A DNA stretch of 61,924 bases, taken from positions 62,001 to 123,924 of the forward strand of contig KZ538109.1 of assembly GCA_000934665.2 (NCBI GenBank). Direction: 5' to 3'. Position 1 is the stretch's first letter. Each line of letters opens with the position of its first letter. The notes below the pieces were generated by a model. That model ran no database searches. It was not told the origin of the DNA and saw only the letters and a program-made list of their open reading frames with translations. A program made the position numbers and the translations under genes. This DNA is from Catajapyx aquilonaris. Taxonomy: Eukaryota. This document shows positions 12,001 to 24,900 of this stretch, in pieces.

Positions 12001-15000
12001 TGTGACTCAGTACACCTAAGAATATATATCGGCGTTATTCTGACAAAAGGGCAAATGCGACATTTTGTCAGAATAACGATGATATTAAGCTTACTAAAGA
12101 TTTTTTCCCCTCGGAACAGTACAGAATTAGCCAGTCTCTGCTGTGATCAGGCGTCATGTGGTAAAACAATAAGTGGAAAATATCAGTCATAACACAATAT
12201 GATGATAAACTCATTAAAATCATAAAGGATGACTATAAAATTAATCCAAAAAAACCAAAGCACTAAAATTGGCCACACCCAACAGAACGGGACATGCCAC
12301 ATTTTTATTGTATCTGTGAGCATGGAAGAACTTAAAAACCAAAGTAAAATGACTGAATACCATTGACAAGGACACCTGTTGTCTCATCATTTTCTTTATT
12401 CGCGCCACACTAATAAATGTAAGAAAACTTGGACAATATACACAATGCCACTAGTACACAACTTGAGCTGCTGTACACATCTACAATTTATTTTTCATGA
12501 TTTTTTCAGTATTTATTTAGCTAGATAAACAGAATACAACCAAAATGTGGCCGTCTGTGCTGGAAGGTTTGCCAGTTCACTCCCCAGTGATAAGTTACCT
12601 TCAGTTTAGCACTGACGCTTACGATACATGATTCAGCAAAAGAAAGCGACAGATTTCAGGATAAGTCATTTAAATTGGCTGCATATTCTTTGATCCCCCC
12701 ACTCATAAATAAATACATAATTAAGCAAACAACAAATCCCATACACATGAAAAGCAAAAGTTGCCATTTTGCATAATATGGCTGTAGGCACATTGAGAAA
12801 GTCTACTCCGTTACTTTGCTAATTCGTAATATTGAACAAAAAGCCCATTAAATAAGTTAGTCAATAAATAAATAAGTAAACGAAACTGCACGTCCATTTA
12901 CCTACTTTTCCTCCAGTTTCTGCATAGTGTCAGCCATGGAGGTGGACTTCCTTTCCAGTTTAGCTATCAGATCTGCTTTATGTTTCAAAGATCCCTCGCA
13001 CTCCTGCAAAAGTTTGCATCATCCCTAAATATTGGAGATTCTTTTCCTCGACTTTTTGATTGTCACAATAAGCCCTAAGCAACCCCCACAAATCAAAGCA
13101 TATTCAAGTGCTGCAAAGGACTAGAACCAAACAATAGGCACAGTAATTTATTTGAAAGGCTTCAGTTTAAAGAGTCTCACCTTCCTTTCGAAAGCTGTTC
13201 ACAAATATTTAAAACTGCCCAGGCTTTTCTGTCTGACGCTGATTTGATACAGATACCACGGAAAACAGCTGTTACAATACTCACAGGGTTACATCCCTAT
13301 AGAGCCTCCTTTTCAGCCCTCTGGCACGTTAAGCCCTCCTTTTTATAGGCAAACTCTGTCAACAGTAGCAACAGTAATACAGAGACCCACATGCAATGGT
13401 AAGTATGGAAATATTCTACGTAACAAGGTTTTTGAAAGGTAAGCCTTTTTAAAAACAAGCCCTTCAAAAGCATTTTCTCAGTGAAATATTTCACTGCGAC
13501 TTTCTCATTTTTTTCTCCTCTGGAGGAGGAGGGCCATTTTCAACGCTGGTCAACAGAACGTTGCACTTTTCCAGGTGAGATAGCATTTCACCAATCTGGC
13601 TAGTTTTGGCCTGCAGACGACTTACTAATTCGCCCTTCTGGGTCAGCTCCTGTTCGCACTCCTAAAAGAGTATGAGAATAAGATTGGGCTCTGAAATTTT
13701 GCATTTTTCTTTTGGAAAATAGAGATTTGGGAAATATGTGCACCTTAAAATAGGCAATTTCTGCCAAGCTGTGAAAAGTGCATTTGCTGAACAAATGAAT
13801 ATGATTAATTTAATTACTTAAGTACATGCATTCCTAGAGTTCAAGTACCCCTCATGCCCATTTGGATGGGATTCAGGTACTGAGAGGTCCTGATTTTTAG
13901 TCAAAATACTCAGGTATCAAGGCTCAGCATTTCCTAGCCTTAATGCACACACCTACTTCACATATTTAAAATGCAACGATGCAATATAAGATATGTATGT
14001 GGTGCAATAAAACGTGTCAATGTGTGTCATTAAAGCTAAGTCTGTACACACAACTGAAATAGGGAAGATTCTTTAATTTGCATGTTGTTTATCTTATGTA
14101 ATACTGCAGTTGTTAATAATATTATTTGTTATATTTGGTCATTTGCATAGGTCATAATCACTAAATCATGTCACATTCTGAGTGTGTAAAAATGACTGAG
14201 TTCTCAGTTAATGCTAGGATGTAACAGTAATATTTTATGCTCTCATACCTTCACACCACCAAACCCTTTCACTTCACCTTACCTGCAACTTTTTGTACAT
14301 CTCCAGATTGATGAGTTTGATGTCGTCCAACTGCCGTCTGAGGGAGATTATGGTGTCTTGCTTTTCATGAATGTCCTTCTCCAGCAACTTCATGGCAACT
14401 TCCATCTCTGCCTTCAAACTTATCTGCAAATTATCATCATTAACCAAAACTGTTGGTACATAATGCAGGAACATTTTGACACGAGCTCTACCACCGGTGC
14501 CGTACCTGCAAATGCAATTCCTTCTCTGCTTCCTGCTTCTTTTGCCTCTCTTCTTCCAACTGCTTTTGCAACTCAGAATCATCAAGCTTTGCATCCCCCT
14601 TGTTCTTGTAAGAAGTATCAATTGATATCTGCAAGTAATCAATGTTCTTGAAACATTTCCTGCACAACAAATACTAATCAAACAAATCAATTACTGTCAC
14701 AATTACACGTTAACTAGCGAAGACCATGGTTTCATCCAGCTATTCTTTTCACAACATTACTGACCTCCTCAATGTTAACACAGGCATCTGGGTCTAATCC
14801 AAGCTTCTTCTTCAATTGGATGTTCTCATCTTGCAAAGAAAGAAGAGAATTCTTTGCAATAGCCAAATCTTCCTTCATCAGAGCATTTGTGGTGGTCAGA
14901 GTCTCAACTTTGGCTTGGAGGTTGGTCACAGTGGCACTAAATTACACCATAAATTTCATTAGAAAAAAGGCAGCATAGCAAAACATCATCACTGAATTAA

Positions 15001-18000
15001 CAAAATGTATTCCCATAGTATACTAATATTTTTTTATAATGGATACCCCGTGATAATCCTCCTTGGGCTTTTTAGGGGATCATCTTTTTAATTAACCGAC
15101 TTTAATCATTGCCTTTGCTGTGATGGATTTTGATTGTGGGAGGAAACGGGAGAACCCCGAGAAAACCCACGCGAACACGAAGAGAACCCATCGAAACTCT
15201 ATCCACATAAGTATCCTCTGTCCGATCCAGGGATTGAACTCAGGACCATAGAGGTGGAAGGCTGCAGCGCTAACTACTCCGCCACCGTGTCGCCCTGGTA
15301 TACTAATATTGTAATCACTTATAAATTCCACAGTGTAACTCTCAAACAATAAATTTTAAGTCGTACCTCTAATTACCACAGGAATACGATTTTTCATTAA
15401 GTTGATCCTGCAAGGAAACTTGAAATCTTACTTCAAATGCCTGTTCAGTTCCTCTATGTAGTTCTTCTGGTCCAATACAGTGGTCATGTTGTTCGTGTCA
15501 AGGTCTTCATCTGGGGAATCATCACTCTTGTGGCTGTTGGACCTCAAGTACAGTGAGAAGTCTATGACACCCTGCTGGCAATCCAGGTCTTCCTCCTTTC
15601 ATAATGAAAAATGTTGAGAGTAACTGTTCATGTAACTGAAGGTTATCAAGCTACTCGTGTGCGAGCATAATTGTTACCAATATTCCTTCACTCAAAAAAA
15701 TTGTCTTCAAAAATCACTATACCTGCAGCCCAATCCATTAAGAAACAAATTTGCAAGCAAGTGAAATTGCAAGCAATGGTGCTAAGTAAATGAAGCTAGT
15801 TTAAGTATCTTTTTTCTTGAATGAAGGCTGTATTTACTGATATTAAAAAGTAGGATTAGTGTATGACTGTAGAGGAGCTACTGCAAAATTATGGCAACAT
15901 CCCAGAAGCCCTGCGGAATTGATTCTCACCTTGACACAGAAGTTGCAGTCAATTACGTTTAGCCCCACAAGCAGTCCCATAATGAATACTGACTCGTCAC
16001 ACATCATGAGTGCAGATGGTTCATAAAATTCAGCCAGGCAGTCATCACGATGGTCAAGAAGCACCTTGAAGTAGTCCGCAAGCTTCTTCTGCATGAGTGC
16101 CAAGCGTAGCCAAGCTCTCGCCCTTCCCAAGTGAGTACTGAAATACAAATCATATTTAAAATCTCAGCCACTAGCATCCCTCAGAGGAGCAAGCTTCGCT
16201 GTCTAGCTGAAGATTTAATATTCCAAGATATAAATTAGAAATTCGCCTCCTCAAGCAGTGAAATTCTACTGTAAGGTAATGTAATTTACAGAGTAATACC
16301 CTTGAGCAGTCCATTACGCACAATCTTCAAAACTGAATTAAGAGACATTCCCAATACTAACCTGACTGTTGGAAGATCCCTGACGCTCACTGTGATATCT
16401 TGGGCCTCCATGCACAACTTCTCAACTGCTTGCAGTACATCCCAGAGTTCCTTTTTAGGACCCAGAAGACCCTAAAACAAAGAAATGCCATCATGTTTTA
16501 ATTTCTTGAACAAACGTTAAGCACAAAGATCGATTAAAATAGGTCTGGTCATAGGTCGCACCCATGTATTTTTTAATGCTTTAAAAAGTACAATACATGC
16601 TCATTTTCCAATGTTTCACGTTTGACTTGGTAATATGGAAGTGCCTTCAGCCTCCACTGATTTCTTCAACATGTGACGTCCAATAAATTATAAACATATC
16701 TTATGCAGAAAAATCAAGCATCTCAAAGTAAAAAGTAAGTCAATTTTAGAATGAACTTAAGAGCACATGGCTTGATTACATACAGCTATTGAAGTAGCAT
16801 CATGTGGTTTTAGGGAGGCATGATTTCTGTTAGTGTTTGGTCACTCTATCATCTAGTGTGATAATTTCAGGACAGCATCACTCGGAAAGGGAACTATCAC
16901 ATCATATTTCCAGAAGTACAGGGTGTCCACAAATAATTCTAGAAAATGCAATATACAAGGTACAACTCCCGTACATATCTCATCGCAAAGAGGAAGGTTG
17001 AAAGTTTTTTTTGGCATATCTCACCGTATGAAATGATTAGTCTCGTGCCATCTAGGAGTTAAAAATAGCGTCGGCGGTGGAAAAGGCGTGGTTCGTTGCA
17101 GGAGTGGTTAATATCACAGCTGCAAGAAGATGCCCCGGATTTCATCTTCCAACAAGATGGAACTCCTCCGCATTTCAATCTCCATGTCCGTGACTACCTG
17201 AATGGGCTACTGCTTCAAAGGTGGATCAGGTGCTCCACTGACAGCCATGCAGTGTTCCGGGCTTGGCCACCCAGTTCACCGGATTTGACGCCGTGTGATT
17301 TTTTTGTGGGGGTACATTAAGGATGAGTATTTGTGTCACCCCTCCCGAGATCTTCGGCCGAACTGAAGCACCGCATCACTTCTGTCGCGGCTTCCATAAC
17401 GCCGGACATGTTGCAACGCACCGATTTCCGGTTAAACGCCTGGCGTGTCACACGCGGTGCTCATATCGAGGGTTTGTATGTATGTAAAAAAACTTTCAAC
17501 CTTCCTCTTTGCTATGGGATATGTATGGGAGTTGTACCTTGTACATTGCATTTTCTAGAATTTTTTTACTTTGGCCCCATCATTTGTGGACACCCTGTAG
17601 AACCATTTTTAAAAATGTAATAATTCCACATCATTACTGGCTTTACCAATTCTTCCTATATTAAATTCTTGCCTCTGCTGGGTCAGAGCATAATTGATAA
17701 AATACCTTCACATCCTAATTGTCTACACTTTCACAGAATAACAATGTTGAAACCACAGATTCAAATTACTCCACTAACAAAGACAATTGCACTACTCGTA
17801 TATTAAATACAGGCACACACAAATCTCTCATCAAAAACTCTAAAATCCAAAAACCTCTGAAGGTTGATTGTATCAAAGTCCATAAAGTGCTTTTATAGTA
17901 TAAAATGATAATGCTGGACAACTTGCACAAATTTTAGAACCTGAAACCATACTGCCAGAGAGGTCAACCCTCTGAAACATTCACGATGTGAAGTTTCATG

Positions 18001-20702
18001 TATGGTTCTGGCTGAGAAAAACTTTGTGCTTCACTTACAACTGTCCGTGGTAGAAATAAGATGCAGAAGCCCTTCCCATTTTATAGGCCTATTACACTGC
18101 AAATGCCACTGTAATTCTTTTAGGATAAACGATTGTGAACCCGAATCAATATCTTGCTGAATGTAAAAAAACATGTTCCTAACCTTTTTTGGCTTCAACC
18201 CATGGCGCATGACATGCTCCAAGACAATGAAGAAGTGCTGCAGGGGAACATGGTCAATGTCCAGCATCCGACCATACTTGAGAGATGACTCGATCAGTTC
18301 CTTGACAACAAGCTTGGTTATGTTCACAAGGTTGCTGCGTTCTATCACAACTGGATCTCGATCTGCCAATGAATTAGCATCAAAAACACGATCAGTACAG
18401 GTAATCTTGGTGCACAGCTATGGAGAGAAATTATTATTTTTGGGGCAACATTGTCATAAAATATGCATTGACAAATACTTCAAAAATTAAACCACTAGGG
18501 ACTAGGCTTACATTAAGATGCCACTTACAACCTATACAAAATAATTGTCTAATTTTAAACAATTTTTGTCATATGTGGCAGGAACTTGTTCAGTACAGGA
18601 CAGTTGCACAAAATGGAAAAAATCTGCTCTAAACAGGTTTGGTTATCTGGCATGTAACATCGGTGTAGGAAACACAAGTAACATTAAACATCATTGTCAC
18701 GTATCAATGCGGGACAACAACTTAAGTAAAAATTCCAGATGGTGGAAGAAGCATCTGTTAAGCCGAATTTTCAACAAATAGTTTACACGAGTCATGTATT
18801 TTGTCCTGTGTAAACCCTGGAAAAAGGTAAAGAAAAGACCTGCTTCCTCCACCATGTGGGATTCTCTTGATTTTCTTCCACATTGTGCTACAATCAGGAT
18901 TTTAAAACTAGGTACTCGAGAGAAGAGAATTAATAAAAACCACAATATCCACCTTTCATCCCATAGAATGGGTATGGATCAGGTGGCGATGGAGACCTCA
19001 CAGGCACCACCTGCTCTGAATTATTAGCACTATTTTCTGGCACACTAAACTCCACATCCTGAAGCTCCTTCAGACACAGCCATTCCCCATCCACAGACAC
19101 ACGGAAGTTGCAGAGGTAAATTGTATCCTGCGCGCCCGCCATATTGTAATCAAACATGCTAGCAATTACAGTTCACAGCCGGAAGAGTCAAAACCCCATC
19201 CCTAAAACTGCGTCAAAAACGTAGCCACCCGTACATTACACTGTTTCACCCTCCTCTGTGGAGATCAATATTATTGATTCCAGGTTGGCTGAGGGGGAAA
19301 GGGCCCTTCGCACTGCAGACTTGCCTGCCAGATGGCAGTATCCAGAGAAAGTCTCCAGGACTAAAATCAATACAGGATTAGGCTAGGTGGACTAAGCCAG
19401 CAGTTGTAAACCAGAGATGGCACCTCTGTTACTACACAATCTTTATGCTTCGGATCTGAATCCACCCACCACCAATTTCAGCGTAATGTAGCATATGGCT
19501 CGAACATAATAACTGAGTAATTGAAATTGTTTTGCACAAGGAAACGACGACGCACTAGGTTGTGGCCCAGACCCAATATTTAATATCGGAAACTGGTATT
19601 CTGATGAAATATGCACACATATTAGAACATATACATACAGGTTGTTCCAATTGAAAGTTCTTAGTTTGCACATTTCTGGCCCTAAGTTTAAGCAGACTTT
19701 TAGTGGTTATCAAAAGTATTAGCTGCTAATGTTAGATCACATTCTAGTTTTGAATGACAATTTCCAATTGGGTATGGCCCATTGGAGCAACTGGCATCAA
19801 AATAAATTCAATTTTTTTGTAAGCCACACCCTGTCGAGAGGTGTTAAAAAGGATGGGCCTCTGAACCTAATATTTACAGGTAATGCTTTTGATATCCACT
19901 AGATGACTAGAAGTAACTGTTTAAAATTAACAACTTAATGCCAAAAATCACTAACTAAAATGAACGTTTTCACTGGAACACCATGTTGATGTCCAGAAAC
20001 TCATACACATTGTCTTATCTGAAACTCGGAAAACCAAACATTTTTTCAAGACAGGCCATAGTGAAGATTGTCTTTTGTCTCCTTCCCACTATCCTTTGCA
20101 CGAGCGATGCCGTTGGCATGCCATGTACTTCGCAGGCATGTAAACACATGCACAATGTATAAGCGCTATCGCTTGCATCATGACGTCAGAACCGCTACAA
20201 CTCACTTCGCTCATCAAACCACTTACATTTAAACGCAGCTTGGCTATTCTGCCATCCCAAGGAGAAATACCCTATCTCCAAAACTAGTAAGGGCGAAAGT
20301 CGCATGCATGCCCCTGACTCAGGAGGGATTAGTGCAGGGCATGCATGCGACTTTTACCCTTACTAGTTTTGGAGATAGGCTATTTCTCCTTGGGACCAGT
20401 GCCGGATTTCCCGTTAGGCACAGTAGGCACTGGCCTAGAGGCGGCCCGCAACTTTGACGCGGCTTTGACATACGTAGCATCTGTCAACACTCACATTTGC
20501 GTGCTTTCCTCTTCTTGGCGGACAGCTTCATGCTGTCCCTCGAGACGACCAAGGATGGCCACTTGTCCGCATCGTCAGGGGACTTGGGAGTGGACGGCGC
20601 AGGAGATGGAGTCGGTGAAGGGCTGTTGCTCTCATTGCCCCTTCCTGTCGAAGTAGTTGTCACCGGGGAGTGAACTGGCAAACCTTCGCTGGCAGACGCC
20701 AT
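9031..20702 (-). CDS. RUFY2: RUN and FYVE domain-containing protein (RUFY1/2/3 family), multi-exon
   Basis: RUN-domain exons ([14 protein letters not shown]..., [17 protein letters not shown]). Coiled-coil exons ([32 protein letters not shown]). FYVE domain [31 protein letters not shown] ending at 9031. Alternative first exons 20702-20495 and 19142-18953. Confidence 0.93.
10201..10930. mobile_element. Degraded Tc1/mariner-superfamily (Tigger-like) remnants in a RUFY intron
   Basis: TA-CAGTTGACTCCGGATATAAC start, repeated GCTATAACAGA sub-terminal motifs, and a mariner-like TATGAGGGGCATTCGGAAAGT near 10689. Boundaries uncertain. Confidence 0.4.
15031..15297 (-). mobile_element. tRNA-derived SINE
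   Basis: Minus-strand A-box-like GGTGGCGGAGTAG and B-box-like GAGTTCAATCC, A-rich tail, 13-bp TSD GTATACTAATATT at 15018-15030 and 15298-15310. Confidence 0.85.
16919..17597 (+). mobile_element. Internally deleted Tc1/mariner element with transposase fragment
   Basis: TA flanks, TIR CAGGGTGTCCACAAAT plus about 70-bp sub-terminal inverted repeats. Internal ORF fragments FQQDGTPPH and [14 protein letters not shown] are from the DDE/D catalytic region. Confidence 0.9.
20255..20395. repeat. Near-perfect palindrome with ~60-bp arms (MITE-like) in RUFY intron 1
   Basis: TCCCAAGGAGAAATA.CCTATCTCCAAAACTAGTAAGGG..AAAGTCGCATGCATGCCC is followed by its reverse complement. Confidence 0.85.
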
Positions 20703-20761
20703 CTTTGCACCAGGCCCCAACGGAACGGGCTGCTCACACCACCCAGGAGCCAGGGCAGAGG

Positions 20762-20847
20762 GCGCATGCGTGCATCGCTATCATTGGCTGGAGATGGGGC
20801 CATACGACGTGTTATTGGACGACCCACTGTTTGTTGTGAACTATTGG
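20762..20847 (-). promoter_or_regulatory. Candidate RUFY distal promoter: GCGCATGCG (NRF-1/EWG-like) plus three CCAAT boxes
   Basis: GCGCATGCG at 20762-20770; ATTGG at 20783, 20814 and 20843; CpG-rich segment just upstream of the first exon. Confidence 0.5.
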
Positions 20848-21017
20848 ATCGCGTCGCGTTGGAAGGACGGAATAAACAGCGATTTACAAAGAGCGGAGAA
20901 CTGATTTGAAATAGCGGCGGAATATAAAGTCATGCGCCTCACAGTAGGCCTACCTAGGGTTATGTAAGATCCCAAAGAAGAAGCTACTAATACTTATTTA
21001 TTAATTTATTTATTTTT

Positions 21018-21333
21018 GGCGCAAACATTCGATTTCCGCGTCTCTCTGTTTGGTGCCGTTGCCAAGGCTGGCGGCCATTTTGAAGTGTGGGCAACTCCAA
21101 CGAGGTATAAATAGGGTACAGGCAAAAATAGGGTCCGCCATCTTTGATTCGCACGTGTTCTTGCCATGTAGTTGACATGGCCGCCAAAACCACCAAAGAT
21201 GGCGGACCCTATTTTTGCCTGTACCCTGTTTATACCTCGTTGGAGTTGCCCACACTTCAAAATGGCCGCCAGCATTGGCAACGGCACCAAACAGAGAGAC
21301 GCGAACATCAAAGGCGCCAACAGAAGTTTGCGC
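21018..21333. mobile_element. Foldback/MITE-like element with ~110-bp inverted arms between RUFY and the guanylate cyclase
   Basis: CGCGTCTCTCTGTTTGGTGCCGTTGCCA...GGGTCCGCCATCTTT is mirrored at 21196-21303. Outer GGCGCAAAC/GTTTGCGCC termini. Confidence 0.8.
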
Positions 21334-21932
21334 CTCTTATGTAGTATATGCTCCCTGATATTGATTTTAAATTATTTCCTTTATTATTCCCCCAAACACT
21401 CTGGCAGCCCAAACAACAAACTGACGCTGTCCTTATCAACCTGCACCACCTTACACTGCTACGTCGCAAAGGACCATCTCCCACACACGTCCCAGTCACA
21501 AGTTTTGGAGATAACATATTGCACTAATAACCTGTCAAGTCCACAGAATGACCCCGCGACTCTAACATCGATCGAGTGTGTGTAAAGAAAGAGCGCCACT
21601 GTCTGGGAAAGGTGCACGTAAGATCAACAGGTTCCAATTTCGAAACCCACGTGCTGCCTCCGAGGAAATCACTCACGTTCCATTTATACCTCGAAATTGG
21701 TTGGAAAGACGATATGGGTCAATTTCTGGAAATCTTTTGTCCGCCTTCAGGAACTTGCGCAGGATACATCACGCAGCCTGTAACACTAGGATGTCAGTCC
21801 ACAGCAGTTTTCTGCAGACGATGCTTCTGGAAGGATCTTTGTCCACACACAGCCACTTGTCTTACTTACCAGGACTGTAAATTAACTTGGGCTGACTTTT
21901 GGGGGAAGTGACCGCACCGAAAAAGCTTCAGG

Positions 21933-24900
21933 ATGTATGGGATGATATTTGAGAGTGTGCAGTATTTTGTTCAGGTATGTTGTGTAGAGGTCACATACGG
22001 TGCATGATACAAATTATGCTTTTATTCAAATTAGGCATGTTCTTTGTTTTTTATTGGTTCATTTCATGATTCTGTGATTTTTCTGTGCAAAATTGCTTTA
22101 GTGGCGATAACTCGCTGGTTGTGTAAGTTTGTTGCAGCTTAATTAACTGCAGATTGCTGTTTTTTTGAAACTTCTGTTACGATGCAGTCTTACGTGAAGT
22201 TTTAATCAAACGCTCATAATAAAATGGTCTAGTCTAAAAAGTACACACTCCACTTTAAACTATGTCGAGTCGTAACATTTGGCTCAAGAGTGATTTTTAA
22301 TTGATATTTTTTTTAAATGAGATATTACATTTATGAGTGATTTCCACTCAATGTATTCGGTGCACCACTCAAGCTGAGTTAATTTTTTGTCACAACTGAA
22401 ATTTTCACATCCAATTATTTATTTCAGGTTGTACAAGCAACGCATCGCAAGTACATTATATTTATGTTACTTTTCTGATCCGTGCTCCATCAACATTTCT
22501 AGAATATATTCATCACTTGTAAATTAGTACAGAATATAAGGGGCCCATAATTATTACATATTTGAAACTGTTTACTATAGTTTAGTCAGGAACAGTGCCA
22601 ATAATAATGATTTGCGTCCAACCAAAAGTCTCTGAGAAAGAAGAGAAATTGTGCGCAGTCCTCTATTTTTGACAAGAGTGCTCTCTAATGGCCCGTAATT
22701 TGTCACAGCCTTTTCCCATCGCCATTATTCACTCCACTTAGCATCATTTCATCGGCACTTATGGCTGTCAAATTCGATTTTCGAATCGGACAAAATCATC
22801 AAGAAATGGCAAGTGCTTCGATTTTCTCCCGATTTTCATCCACGTCCTTGGGCTAACAACACAACGCGTCGTAACACGATCCCAGTCTTCCGCTAATGAA
22901 GTTTCCATCCCTCATCTTGTCAGAGAAGAATTAGCTTTGATGCACAGATCAGGTAGCCAAAGTTAGCGCAATTACCGCAGTTGCCAGAACTTCGTTTATT
23001 TTTGCCGGTCCATGAATAAATCTAAGGAGATGTGACCCAAACTATTGAACAGAATCAAAAGTACTGCCCATACTGCGACACAGTGGAGTACGTGATTTGA
23101 ATTATTATTATTATAGGAATCAATACCAGAAAAGGTTTTCTCCCAAATCATTATTCTGTTCAGTCTGCAGACACTTTGGATTGTTAGGTTCAAATTACAT
23201 CCAAACGTGAGATCTTTATTGAATCCTGCCTGATACGTATAAACTATTATTAATTTATGTACCCTCAGAAAGAGTATGGAGAAGAGGCATGGAAGAGGAT
23301 ACTAAACAGGGCCGGAATGCGAAACGTGGTGTTCCACACCCAGGAGGTGTACTCGGACCGTCTTCTCCCAGAACTGGCCGAGGCCACGGCCGCGGTCACC
23401 GGAGATGTGGCCACACGGGATCAGTTCCTCCACTACTTCGGCCGATGTTTCGTGCGATACTGCGGACATTTCGGGTACGACAAAATCATAATGGCCAGCG
23501 GACGGTACATGTGCGAGTTCCTCAACGGAATGGACAACATTCATCAGCAGATGAGGCTCAGCTACCCCAGGATGAGAAGTCCATCTATGTATGTCACCCA
23601 TATGGACAACAATGGGGCTGTGCTGTCATACAGAAGCTCAAGGGTCGGCCTGTCACACTATCTCATAGGTGAGTGGACATCTTTGGACATTGTTGGTATT
23701 ATTACGAAACTCCATATTGATGTCTGAGGAGGGGCAAGGGATATATGACGCAAACACGCGACATGGAGATTAAACTAGAGCAAGGATTCGTGACTGATTC
23801 AGTTAGGACGTCTCAGGAGGATTCTAGTGGTTTTCAATAAAGTGATTGAAAGAGCAGGGTTCCAAATATGTATCAATGAATATGTGACCGCAACCGAAAT
23901 TGCACAGTTTTGAGTCAAGGTTAAAGTTAATGTGATTAACTAATCCTTTTTCTCCATGATGTGTACCATTCACGGCTAATCTATTATCAGCTCCATTTCC
24001 GCCACAGGTCAGTTGGTCCAAATCGCAAAAGATTTCTACCAGAAAGACATGGAAGTGATCATCATGCAAGAATCGGAAGCATCTCCCAACAACCAAAACT
24101 ACCTGATGCGTATGCGTCTCAATTTCGACAATTCTGATTACCTCTCTATGAAGAGCGAATGTACCAAACACATCGAAGAAGTTATTGTCGTTCCATACAT
24201 AAAATATTATGCCTCTTTCAAAAACAATGTAACTAATGATTATATTTTCAGCTTCACTTTGCTCCTGTGACGTGGCATCATTTCCTGAAGCTATTCCCAT
24301 TTTGCTTTGTCTTCGACGCCACAATGACGTTGTTAGCAGTTGGAACAAACTACAGGGAACTATTTCCAAATCTGGACATGGCCGGACAGCCAGTGGAGAA
24401 CTTTTTCAATCTGAGGAGACCAAGAATACCTCTCAGCTGGAAAAATGTTAGTTCTTATATATAGGCCAAGGGCTGAAAAGTTACGCGAGTTTTCTGGTCG
24501 AGGAGACACAGTAATCAGCTTTGTAGCAGACATTCAGGCGATTGGAAACTTCGTAGTCAGGCTTTAAGAGAGATACTGATTCAGACTTATTTACACAAAA
24601 TTGAGAGCGTTGGCTATTTCGACTGTAACCAATCGTAATGGCTTACACCTACAGGGCAATATTCATGTAGAAAATAAATCAACAAAAATTAACTAGTCAC
24701 AGTCGAGTAGAGACCTCTCACTGTGCTCAGTAACGTACAGTGAGCAGTCTCTAATTCTCACATTTACCTAAGCTCGTGTGGCCTTGAACCCCCATTTTTC
24801 TGCCTACGCGCCCGTATTAATGCAAATTAGGGTAAATTTTCAACAATTTCTCACACATGAACATTTTATAACAGGTAATGTACCTGCAATCCATAATGTG

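Noticed and set aside
12370..12625. Possible RUFY micro-exons
   Set aside because: The AG/GT-flanked candidates break frame or add stops, and the flanking exons join in frame directly.
21576..21911. ORF in frame with the cyclase ATG (readthrough or uORF)
   Set aside because: Non-ATG start, no recognisable homology, and the cyclase already has a canonical MYG N-terminus at 21933.
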